DNA from: Vulcanimicrobiota bacterium | Lineage (GTDB): Bacteria; Vulcanimicrobiota; Vulcanimicrobiia; Vulcanimicrobiales; Vulcanimicrobiaceae | Direction of reading: 5' to 3' | Assembly: GCA_963771605.1 (NCBI GenBank) | Contig: CAVYUA010000003.1 | Coordinates: 326,884-390,883, forward strand | Length of the DNA stretch: 64,000 nucleotides | In this document: positions 19,573 to 27,265 of the stretch, one piece after another | How positions within the stretch are numbered: the stretch's first letter is position 1 | Layout: every line of letters begins with the position of its first letter | The notes under the pieces: model-generated | What the model saw: only the letters and a program-made list of their open reading frames with translations | What the model was told of the DNA's origin: nothing | Database searches by the model: none | Position numbers and translations under genes: made by a program

Positions 19573-21053
19573 GCGGTGCGCGGGGACCAGTCCTCGCCCC
19601 ACGCATCGCGCCAAATCCACGGCCGCGAGCTGCTCGACTTCGGCCGCCCGCCGTTCCAAAGGTCGTACTCCGGATCCGCATAGCGCGCGAAGTAGCGATC
19701 GATGCGCTCGCCCAGCTGCGCGGTCACCATGGCGTGCGCGGGATCGTCGGCCAGGTTCGTCAGCTCGAGCGGATCGCTCGTCAGATGATACAGCTCGTCT
19801 GCGAGCGGATAGGCGGTGCTGCCGCGGAAGCGCTTGAGATAGAGCCACTCCGGCGTGCGGATCGCGCGCGTTTCCTCTTCGTCGATGAAGACGGCGTCGT
19901 CGCGCTCGAGCGGCGCACCGCGCAAAAACGCGGCGAAGCTTTGCGACGGATTTTCCAATGCCGGCGGCGGGATGTCCAAGTAGGCCAGCAGCGATGCGTA
20001 CACGTCGACGTTGCTGACCGGCCCGCCGCAACGCGTGCCGGCGGCGATGCGCTGCGGATCGCGCCAGATCAGCGGTACGTGATAGGCCACGCGGTGGGCG
20101 TTGGCGGGCCACGTCGCCACACCGTGACCCCAGAAGCCGCGCTGTCCGAGCGCGAAGCCGTGATCGGCCATGTAGATGACCAGGGTCGACGCATCGAGCG
20201 CGCAGCGTTCGAGCGCCGCCATGATGCGCCCGACACCGTCGTCGACCATCGCCGTTTGCGAGTAGTAATTCCGCAGCGATTCCACGTCGTTGGGAATCTT
20301 CAGCAGCGCGTCGTAATCGGGCGCGCCTGCACCGTGGTGCCCGAATTGCCGTTGCAGCCGAACGTAGTCCACCGCCGCTTGGCTGAGGCCGCTGCGGCGC
20401 ACCGAGTCCATCGGCAGATCGTCGTAGTCGGCCGCGAAGCGGTTCGCGGCGCGGCCTTTGATCGCGGGCCAGTGACCGTACGGGCCGTTGTAGGCCACGT
20501 AGAGGAAGAACGGCTGCTCGGGCCGCGCGGCGCGCGATTCCACGAACGCCACGGCCTCGGCGGTGAGGAAGTCGACGCTGTGACCCGCGGCGACGGTTTC
20601 GCGCCCGTCTTTGACGACCGGGCTATCGTAGAAGCTCAGCGTGTGGCCGCGCACGAGCGCGACCCAATGCTCGAAGCCGTTCTGCGGCGCGTGCGGCACG
20701 CCGAGATGATATTTCCCGATCAGCGCGGTGCCGTAGCCGGCGTCGTGCAGCGTCTGCGGCAAGGCCGGGTACTCGGCGATCGCCGACCACCCTACCGGCC
20801 ACTCGCTCATCAGACGGTCTTCGAGCCAACTGTGGACGCCGTGGCCCGAGGGCATCAAGCCGGTCAGCACCGACGCGCGGCCGGGCGAACACAGCGCGTT
20901 CGGGCAATAGGCTTGATCGAACTGCGCGCCTTCGGCGGCCAGCCGGTCGATGTTCGGCGTCCGCACGTCCGCATTGCCGTAACAGCCCAACGCATCGGCG
21001 GACTGGTTGTCGACCATCACGAGCACCACGTTCGGGCGTGGCTTCGCCGGCAT
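19569..21053 (-). CDS. Cys-type (formylglycine-dependent) sulfatase, no signal peptide
   Basis: 494 aa. N-terminus PNVVLVMVDNQSAD and the sulfatase signature C-x-P-x-R in LCSPGRASVLTG. Confidence 0.9.
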   Translation of the reverse strand: MPAKPRPNVVLVMVDNQSADALGCYGNADVRTPNIDRLAAEGAQFDQAYCPNALCSPGRASVLTGLMPSGHGVHSWLEDRLMSEWPVGWSAIAEYPALPQTLHDAGYGTALIGKYHLGVPHAPQNGFEHWVALVRGHTLSFYDSPVVKDGRETVAAGHSVDFLTAEAVAFVESRAARPEQPFFLYVAYNGPYGHWPAIKGRAANRFAADYDDLPMDSVRRSGLSQAAVDYVRLQRQFGHHGAGAPDYDALLKIPNDVESLRNYYSQTAMVDDGVGRIMAALERCALDASTLVIYMADHGFALGQRGFWGHGVATWPANAHRVAYHVPLIWRDPQRIAAGTRCGGPVSNVDVYASLLAYLDIPPPALENPSQSFAAFLRGAPLERDDAVFIDEEETRAIRTPEWLYLKRFRGSTAYPLADELYHLTSDPLELTNLADDPAHAMVTAQLGERIDRYFARYADPEYDLWNGGRPKSSSSRPWIWRDAWGEDWSPRTA

Positions 21054-21057
21054 GCGC

Positions 21058-22431
21058 TCAGCTCGCCGGCTTCACGCTTTTGAAAGCGGCATGCAGTGCG
21101 GTCATCGCCTCGTCGACGTACGCTTCGGTGAACACGAGCGGCGGCGAGAGGATGATCTTACCGGCGGCCACGCGGACCATGACGTTCTGCGCCAAAAGCG
21201 CATCGTACAACAGCCCGGGATACGCATCGGCCGGCGCGAACGGCGCTTTGGTTTTCCGGTCGCGCACGAGCTCGACACCCATCATCAAGCCTTTGCCGCG
21301 AATGTCGCCGACCGTATCATAAGCGCGCAGCTCTTCGAGGCGGCGCAAGAAGAGACCGCCGACGCGGGCCGCGTTGCCGGGCAGATCTTCGCCCTCGACG
21401 ATATCCAGGCACGCGAGGGCGGCGGCGCACGCGACCGGATGGCCGCTGTAGGTGTAGCCGTGCATGATCCCGGTGAGCGGTTGCGGGCTGTCCCACGCGC
21501 TTGCGATCCGTTCGTTGACGACGGTCGCGCCGAGCGGCACGTAGCCCGAATTGATGCCCTTCGCCAGGCACATGATGTCGGGCTCGACGCCCCAGCCGCG
21601 CGCGCCGAACATCGCGCCCGTGCGCCCGAACCCCGTCACGATCTCATCCGAGACGAGCAGCACGTTGTGCCGGTCGCAGACCTCGCGAAATTTCGGCCAC
21701 AACGTTGCCGGCGGAACGATCACGCCGCCTACGCCCTGCACGGGTTCCGCGATGAACGCCGCGACCGTGTCCGCGCCTTGGTAGGTGATCTCGCGATCGA
21801 GCTGTTCGGCGACGATCGCCGCCAGCGTATCGGGATCGTCGGTCCACGAGTTGCGGTAGAGATAGGGCGCTTCAATTTGGAAGAAGCCCGGCATCAACGG
21901 CTCGTAAGCGCGGCGCCACATCGTATTGCCGCTGGCAGACATGCCGCCGAAGTGCACGCCGTGATAGCCCAGCTTGAGCGAGAAGATCTTCGTCTTTTCC
22001 GGGCTCCCGGTGAGCTTCCAGTATTGGCGCGCGAGCTTGAACGCCGTTTCGGTGGAATCGGAACCGCCCGATGAAAACATCACGCGGCGCATCTTCTCCG
22101 GCGCCAGCATGTCGATCAAGCGTTTCGAGAGCCGGATCGACGGCACGTTGGCCATGTTGGCGAACGTGCCGTAATATTCGAGCTTATCGAGCTGTCCCGC
22201 GATCGCCGCGATCACTTCGGGCCGGCGGTGCCCCACGTTGACGTTCCACAAGCCGGCCGTGCAGTCGAGATACCGGTTACCGTCGATATCCCAGATGAAG
22301 CAGCCGTCGCCGCGTTCGATGATGAGCGGCGCGTTGCGGCGCACCACGTTGGGATCCACCATCGGGTGCCACATGTACTGGGCATTCCACGCGGCGACGT
22401 CGCCGGTCGCCGGGTCTCGCTCGGTTTGCAT
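21058..22431 (-). CDS. Class-III (omega) pyridoxal-phosphate aminotransferase
   Basis: 457 aa with family-typical blocks SGGSDSTETAFKLAR, VAAFIAEPVQGVGGVIVPP, LLVSDEIVTGFGRTG and PLP-Lys context MCLAKGINSGYVPLG. The substrate is not inferable. Confidence 0.88.
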   Translation of the reverse strand: MQTERDPATGDVAAWNAQYMWHPMVDPNVVRRNAPLIIERGDGCFIWDIDGNRYLDCTAGLWNVNVGHRRPEVIAAIAGQLDKLEYYGTFANMANVPSIRLSKRLIDMLAPEKMRRVMFSSGGSDSTETAFKLARQYWKLTGSPEKTKIFSLKLGYHGVHFGGMSASGNTMWRRAYEPLMPGFFQIEAPYLYRNSWTDDPDTLAAIVAEQLDREITYQGADTVAAFIAEPVQGVGGVIVPPATLWPKFREVCDRHNVLLVSDEIVTGFGRTGAMFGARGWGVEPDIMCLAKGINSGYVPLGATVVNERIASAWDSPQPLTGIMHGYTYSGHPVACAAALACLDIVEGEDLPGNAARVGGLFLRRLEELRAYDTVGDIRGKGLMMGVELVRDRKTKAPFAPADAYPGLLYDALLAQNVMVRVAAGKIILSPPLVFTEAYVDEAMTALHAAFKSVKPAS

Positions 22432-22447
22432 CGTGCGCCGCCGTTCC

Positions 22448-23503
22448 CTAGAACTTGGGGAAGATCTGCTTCTTCGCGAGCCAGTCCGACATCTTCATGC
22501 GCTCCTCGCGGTGCGCGGAGCGGAATTTGTCGTGATGCTCTTTGTTCGGCCAGACGTGGTCGGCCGTCACCGCCATGCGCACGACGATGTCTTCGTCGGT
22601 CACGTTGAAGACCATCAGATCTCGTGACAGCGCCAAGGGCCCTTTGTAGTGTGTGCGGATGTCGCGCTCGAGTTCGCCCGCGGTGTCAAAATCGTTGAAG
22701 AAATGGAACGCGACCGCGAGCCGCGGTTGGATCTCGTTGAAGACGTAGCCGGTTTCGACCGGGTCCGAGTGTGCAATCGTGCCGATGCCGCGCGCCGTCC
22801 GCTCATCGTAGCCCGAGCGCGCCATCAGCTGCGAGATCGGATTGAACGCTTCGTGAACCACGAGGTCGGCGTTCTTCGCATTTTCGGTGAAGAAATGGCT
22901 GGGCGTCGTGTCGCCGGAGTAGACGAACGACTTGCCTTTCCAGTTCAGCCGCAGGCTGACCGGGCCGTCGTAGATGTGAACGGCGGGAAAGCTGATGATC
23001 TCGACGCCGTTGTGGTTGTAGACCGTATGCACTTTGCTGTAGTCGAATTCATGGCATTCCACCTCGGCGCCGATCGCCGGCAAGAGACCGACGCGCGTCT
23101 CGGTATCCCAGCGGTACGAAGACTTCTGGGTGTCGATGAAGTGCTGCATGCCGTGCTCGGGGATCAGGCCCGAGGGGCCGTAGACCACGAGCGGCTTCAC
23201 CCGGCCGCCGGCCCAGCTGCCGATCCAGATGTTCGGAAAGTCGCCGACGTGATCGGTGTGCAAGTGGGTCGCGAAATACGCGGTGACGTCTTGGTAGGGG
23301 ATCTCGAGGCTGGTGAAGTTCGTCTGTGAGCCGCTGCCGAAATCGAAGATGAACTTATCGCCGTTGCCGAGCTCGATCAGCCACGACGCGTTGGCCTGCG
23401 CGCGTCGCAGGAACGGCCGGCCGGTCCCGAGCGCGACCACGCGCATTTCGTCTTCGCCCAAGGGTTCGGTGTTGGGAAAATAATGGTCGCGACAGGTCGG
23501 CAT
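22448..23503 (-). CDS. MBL-fold metallo-hydrolase (RNase Z / AtsA-like subfamily), cytoplasmic-type
   Basis: 351 aa with H-x-H-x-D-H in FATHLHTDHVGD. Downstream metal-ligand context SGDTT...VVHEA...HSDP. No N-terminal hydrophobic leader. Confidence 0.8.
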   Translation of the reverse strand: MPTCRDHYFPNTEPLGEDEMRVVALGTGRPFLRRAQANASWLIELGNGDKFIFDFGSGSQTNFTSLEIPYQDVTAYFATHLHTDHVGDFPNIWIGSWAGGRVKPLVVYGPSGLIPEHGMQHFIDTQKSSYRWDTETRVGLLPAIGAEVECHEFDYSKVHTVYNHNGVEIISFPAVHIYDGPVSLRLNWKGKSFVYSGDTTPSHFFTENAKNADLVVHEAFNPISQLMARSGYDERTARGIGTIAHSDPVETGYVFNEIQPRLAVAFHFFNDFDTAGELERDIRTHYKGPLALSRDLMVFNVTDEDIVVRMAVTADHVWPNKEHHDKFRSAHREERMKMSDWLAKKQIFPKF

Positions 23504-23551
23504 GGTGATCGTCCCTTCGGCGGCGAGCCCTGCGCGGGCGGCGCCATCTGT

Positions 23552-23588
23552 TAATTATGATATAATACTGCGTAATTACATATAATAG
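23552..23588 (-). promoter_or_regulatory. Promoter/operator island: tandem TAATTA-containing sites (TTAATTAT 23552-23559; GTAATTAC 23572-23579), 20-21 bp apart
   Basis: The plus strand reads TTAATTATGATATAATACTGCGTAATTACATATAATAG. This AT-rich island lies 50-85 nt upstream of the MBL gene start (23503). Confidence 0.5.
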
Positions 23589-23613
23589 CTCCTGCCTGGG
23601 TGCCGCTCGCCCC

Positions 23614-24552
23614 TCAGAGCAGGCTGTCGGCGCGGTAGGACTTGGCGATCGCTCCATATTTCGCCGCGATGTCGATCACCGGTTGGATCAACTGCGGGCT
23701 CAGCGCGTCGCCGAACGTCGCGCGATAGGGCGCCATGGCCTTGAACGATTCCGGTGGGAGTTTCAAGTGCTGAAAAAGGATGGCGCCCGTTTCGTTGTGA
23801 TGCGCGTTCGACCAGCGTGCCGTGTCCCGCACCGCTTGAGCGAAGCGTTTCAACACATCGGTATGCGCGCCGGCCCACGGCCGCGCCGCGGCCCAGACTG
23901 AGTTGAGGAATTTCGGTGCGATCTCGGTGAATGGATAACCCAGCACCCTAGCCGGGCTCGAGGCCTCCATGACGGAAGGGAAGAGGCTGATGGCGATCGC
24001 CGAGGCGTCGACTCGCTTCTGCTGGAGCGCTTCGAGCATCAGCGGGGGCGGTATCTCGACGTACTTCACGCTCGAGGAATCACCGCCGCTGTTATCGATA
24101 AAGGCCTCGGCCGTGATGTGCGTGACGTCTTTGAGCCCGAAGACGCCGACGGCTTTTCCGTTGAGGTCTTTGCCGGAATGAATCGGCGCGTCCTTGAGTA
24201 CGACGAGCGCCTCGACCGGCGATCCGGTGACGGTCAAGACCGCCGGAGCGATCGCTTGGAACGGAAGTCCGTGGTCGACCGCGTTGACGAGGGCGATGAC
24301 ATCCGTGAACCCGACGTCGAGATCGCCTGATTCGACCGCGGCTAAGATCACGGCGGCGTTTTTCATATCCGTCACCGTGACGTCGAGACCGTATTTATCG
24401 AAGAACCCTTGCGCCAAACCGTAATAGACTTCTAAGCCGCCGTCGATCGGCGAGGTACCGATGCGAAGCGGCACGCGCGGTTGCGCCTGCACGCCGTGCG
24501 GCGCCGCGGCAAGAAATGCGCTCGCCAACGCGGTGAAATGTGATCGGCGCAT
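23614..24552 (-). CDS. ABC-type substrate-binding protein, NMT1/SsuA/TauA family, orphan
   Basis: Paralog of 11666..12631 and 61716..62675 (LRIGTSPIDGGLEVYYG, GKDLNGKAVGV, RVDASAIA). Start set at ATG 24552 (MRRSHFTALASAFLAAAP, signal peptide). The ORF-track TTG at 24570 lies inside the promoter block. Confidence 0.8.
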   Translation of the reverse strand: MRRSHFTALASAFLAAAPHGVQAQPRVPLRIGTSPIDGGLEVYYGLAQGFFDKYGLDVTVTDMKNAAVILAAVESGDLDVGFTDVIALVNAVDHGLPFQAIAPAVLTVTGSPVEALVVLKDAPIHSGKDLNGKAVGVFGLKDVTHITAEAFIDNSGGDSSSVKYVEIPPPLMLEALQQKRVDASAIAISLFPSVMEASSPARVLGYPFTEIAPKFLNSVWAAARPWAGAHTDVLKRFAQAVRDTARWSNAHHNETGAILFQHLKLPPESFKAMAPYRATFGDALSPQLIQPVIDIAAKYGAIAKSYRADSLL

Positions 24553-24560
24553 AGTCCCGA

Positions 24561-24584
24561 TATGATACAATACAACGTAATTAC
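24561..24584 (-). promoter_or_regulatory. Promoter/operator block TATGATACAATACAACGTAATTAC (GTAATTAC at 24577-24584) between the SBP gene and the divergent marR
   Basis: 21 of 24 positions are identical to TATGATATAATACTGCGTAATTAC at 23556-23579. The block lies 8 nt upstream of the SBP ATG. Confidence 0.5.
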
Positions 24585-24703
24585 ATGCAATTGGACGCCC
24601 GGTCGGCTTTCGGCCAATTGCTTGTCCAAATGTCGAACGAAGGATGGATTCACGTCAACATGTATATACGTCGGAAATTTACCGTACATCCAAAGCAGGG
24701 CCG

Positions 24704-25198
24704 ATGAAGACCGGAGCTTCCACGCTCGAGCGTTCCGCGCGTTCCAAAAACGTCGCTGAAACGTTCCGCATCACCGACTACCCGATGCACTATTTTGCCG
24801 CGATTCAACGGCAAAATCAGATCAATCTCGGACACTTGCTGCGCTCGCTCGGAATTTCGCCGCAGATCTGGCGCGTACTCGGAACGCTCAGCGACGGCGA
24901 AGGCCGAACGATCGGCTACATCGCCGACGCGGCGGTGATCGACCGCTCCAATCTGGGCCGCATTCTCGACGGCATGGCGAAGGACGGTTTGATCGACCGC
25001 ACGATCGCCGCCGACGACCGGCGCGTTTCGCTCACCAAACTCACCCGTAAGGGAACGGCCCGCTACGAAGCGGCCGTTCCGCTCGTGCTCGGGATGTATC
25101 GCCGTCTCTTGGAAGGCATCGAGCCCAAAGAGTTCGATAGCCTCATGAAGACGTTGCGCACGCTCAAGCGGAACGCGCTCAACCTCGCCGAGCAGTGA
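24704..25198 (+). CDS. MarR-family transcriptional regulator
   Basis: Winged-helix region ISPQIWRVLGTLSDGEGRTIGYIADAAVIDRSNLGRILDGMAKDGLIDRTIAADDRRVSLTKLTRKG. Start placed at ATG 24704 (164 aa). The ORF-track start at 24644 would add an AT-rich 20-codon leader. Confidence 0.85.
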   Translation: MKTGASTLERSARSKNVAETFRITDYPMHYFAAIQRQNQINLGHLLRSLGISPQIWRVLGTLSDGEGRTIGYIADAAVIDRSNLGRILDGMAKDGLIDRTIAADDRRVSLTKLTRKGTARYEAAVPLVLGMYRRLLEGIEPKEFDSLMKTLRTLKRNALNLAEQ

Positions 25199-26175
25199 AC
25201 GGCGCCGGCGGCACGACGCCGGTGATCGTGATGACCGGCTTCTTGGGCAGCGGCAAAACCACCGCGCTGGCCCATTTGCTGCGCGATTCGCGGCTCGAGA
25301 ATTCGGCGGTCATCGTCAACGAGTTCGGCGAAGTCGGCCTCGACCACGGCCTCGTCGAAGCGATCGACCAGGACGTCGTGCTGCTGCCGCAAGGCTGCGT
25401 GTGCTGCGCGCTGAGCGGCGACCTCGCCGCGACGCTCGAGCGGCTCGCTCTGCGGCGCGAAGCGGGTGACGTGCCGCCCTTCGAGCGCGTCATCGTGGAG
25501 ACCACGGGCCTGGCCGATCCCGCGCCGGTCATGCAGACGATCATCGATCGGCCGATGGTGCTGTGCGGCTACCGGCTGGGCCCGGTGTTCACCAGCGTCG
25601 ACGCCGTGAACGCCGGCCACACGCTCGAGCGGTTTCCCGAAGCGCGGCGTCAGGTCGCCGTGGCCGACCGGTTACTGCTGACCAAAACCGATCTCGCCGG
25701 CGCTGCGGAACGGGAGCGGCTCACGCGTGAACTCGCGCGCTTGAACCCGCTCGCCCCCGTGCAGATCGTCGAGCACGGCAGGCTCGATCCGGCCTGGCTG
25801 CTGGCCGCCGAACGCGAGGGGCTTGCGCTCCCCGCACACCAGCCGGTACTCGGCGCACCTCATGATGCGCCCCTGACGACGACCGTACTGCGCTTCGCGG
25901 CGGCCCTGCCGTATGCGGCGCTTTCCGCCTGGATGGGCCACCTCGTCGGCACCTACGGGGAGACGCTGCTGCGGGTCAAGGGTGTCGTCGCGCTTGAAGG
26001 TCAGGACCAGCCGGTCGCCATTCACGGCGTCCAGCACCTCTTTCACCCGCCGCGCAGCCTGGCGGCCTGGCCGCCGGGCGTGACCGGTTCGACGATCGTG
26101 ATGATTCTCGACGGCCTCGATCCGAGCGTGATCCGGGCGTCTGCGCCGGCATTCGGACTCGACATCGCACCGTAG
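25195..26175 (+). CDS. COG0523-family (CobW/YjiA/ZigA-like) metallochaperone GTPase
   Basis: 326 aa. P-loop VIVMTGFLGSGKTT, metal-binding C-x-C-C in PQGCVCCAL, NKxD-like LLTKTDL, and CobW_C domain (LLRVKGVVALEG...HGVQHLFHPP). GTG start overlaps the marR stop (GTGA). Confidence 0.88.
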   Translation: MNGAGGTTPVIVMTGFLGSGKTTALAHLLRDSRLENSAVIVNEFGEVGLDHGLVEAIDQDVVLLPQGCVCCALSGDLAATLERLALRREAGDVPPFERVIVETTGLADPAPVMQTIIDRPMVLCGYRLGPVFTSVDAVNAGHTLERFPEARRQVAVADRLLLTKTDLAGAAERERLTRELARLNPLAPVQIVEHGRLDPAWLLAAEREGLALPAHQPVLGAPHDAPLTTTVLRFAAALPYAALSAWMGHLVGTYGETLLRVKGVVALEGQDQPVAIHGVQHLFHPPRSLAAWPPGVTGSTIVMILDGLDPSVIRASAPAFGLDIAP

Positions 26176-26179
26176 GCGG

Positions 26180-27265
26180 TCATAGCGAGCGCGCGATGCG
26201 GAAACCGGTATGCTCCGCCGCGCTGTGCGGTTCGGCTTCGCCTCGCCCACCCGCCTCGAAGCGCGAACAGAATTGATCGGTGCACAGAAACGATCCGCCG
26301 CGCACGACGCGCTTCGCGACCGCGGGTTCAACCGGATCGTAACTGTCGGGCGGCCCGAGCGGATCGTCGGCTACGCCGCCGCGCGCGGCAAGCGCCGAAT
26401 AATAATCGGCGCGGTACCAATCAGACGTCCATTCCCACACGTTTCCCGACATGTCGTCGAGCCCGAAGCCGTTCGGCGGATACGAACCGACGGCTTTGAC
26501 GCCGGGCACGCCGTTCAGGCTGCGATCGGGAAAATGGCCCATGTAAATGTTCGCCGGCATGCGGCCATTGGGCATCTCGTCGTTCCCCCACGCATAGCTC
26601 TTGCAATTGAGGCCGCCGCGTTCGGCATATTCGTATTCGGCTTCGGTCGGGAGGCGCCCATGGCGCCAGCGCGCGTAGGCCAACGCGTCGTCATATGCGA
26701 CCTGAACGACCGGATCATCGGCTTTGCCCCGGATCGATGATCCCGGCCCCGTTGGATGACGCCAGTTCGCTCCGCGGACGTAGCTCCACCATTGCGAATC
26801 ATCGTCGAGCGACACGGGATGATCGGGCGGTGTAAACACGAGTGCGCCCGCGACGCGATAGCTCGGCGGGACGCCCGGTACGTCGGCGGCCGACGGCACC
26901 CGTTCGGCGACGGTCACGTAGCCCGTCGCTCGAACGAAGCCGGCGAATTGCGCATTCGTCACAACGTCCCGCGCTACGAGAAATGACCGCACGTGCACTC
27001 GGTGCCACGGCCGCGCGTCGTTAAAGCGAACGCTGGCGGAACCCATCGAGAAAACGCCGCCCGGCACCACGATCATGCCCGCCGCGGAAGTTGTGACGCG
27101 GCCAACGGCGTCCGGCCTAGACGGTAAACAACGCGAAGGGTCCGGGGCCGAAACGGCCAGCATGCCGTGTGCCGGTCCGGCGGTAATGCGCACGACAACG
27201 ACCGTCGTCGCGGCTACCAGCGCAACGCAATAGAGGGCGAATCTACTGCGCTGCCAGAGCCGCAT
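26180..27265 (-). CDS. Formylglycine-generating enzyme family protein with an N-terminal membrane anchor or signal (extracytoplasmic-type)
   Basis: 361 aa with N-terminal TM FALYCVALVAATTVVVV and an FGE-sulfatase domain (GRLPTEAEYEYAERGG, GNVWEWTSDW). Cys pair in RGGSFLCTDQFCSRF. The 5' end overlaps the sulfatase 3' end by 23 nt. Confidence 0.82.
   Translation of the reverse strand: MRLWQRSRFALYCVALVAATTVVVVRITAGPAHGMLAVSAPDPSRCLPSRPDAVGRVTTSAAGMIVVPGGVFSMGSASVRFNDARPWHRVHVRSFLVARDVVTNAQFAGFVRATGYVTVAERVPSAADVPGVPPSYRVAGALVFTPPDHPVSLDDDSQWWSYVRGANWRHPTGPGSSIRGKADDPVVQVAYDDALAYARWRHGRLPTEAEYEYAERGGLNCKSYAWGNDEMPNGRMPANIYMGHFPDRSLNGVPGVKAVGSYPPNGFGLDDMSGNVWEWTSDWYRADYYSALAARGGVADDPLGPPDSYDPVEPAVAKRVVRGGSFLCTDQFCSRFEAGGRGEAEPHSAAEHTGFRIARSL

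Noticed and set aside
24704-25198. MarR next to COG0523 as an AdcR/ZitR-type zinc sensor.
   Set aside because: The protein has only two His residues, and neither lies in the C-terminal helix where AdcR-type ligands sit (as I remember that family). The nearby palindrome does not resemble the TTAACnnGTTAA-type AdcR box. The zinc-sensing idea is unsupported.
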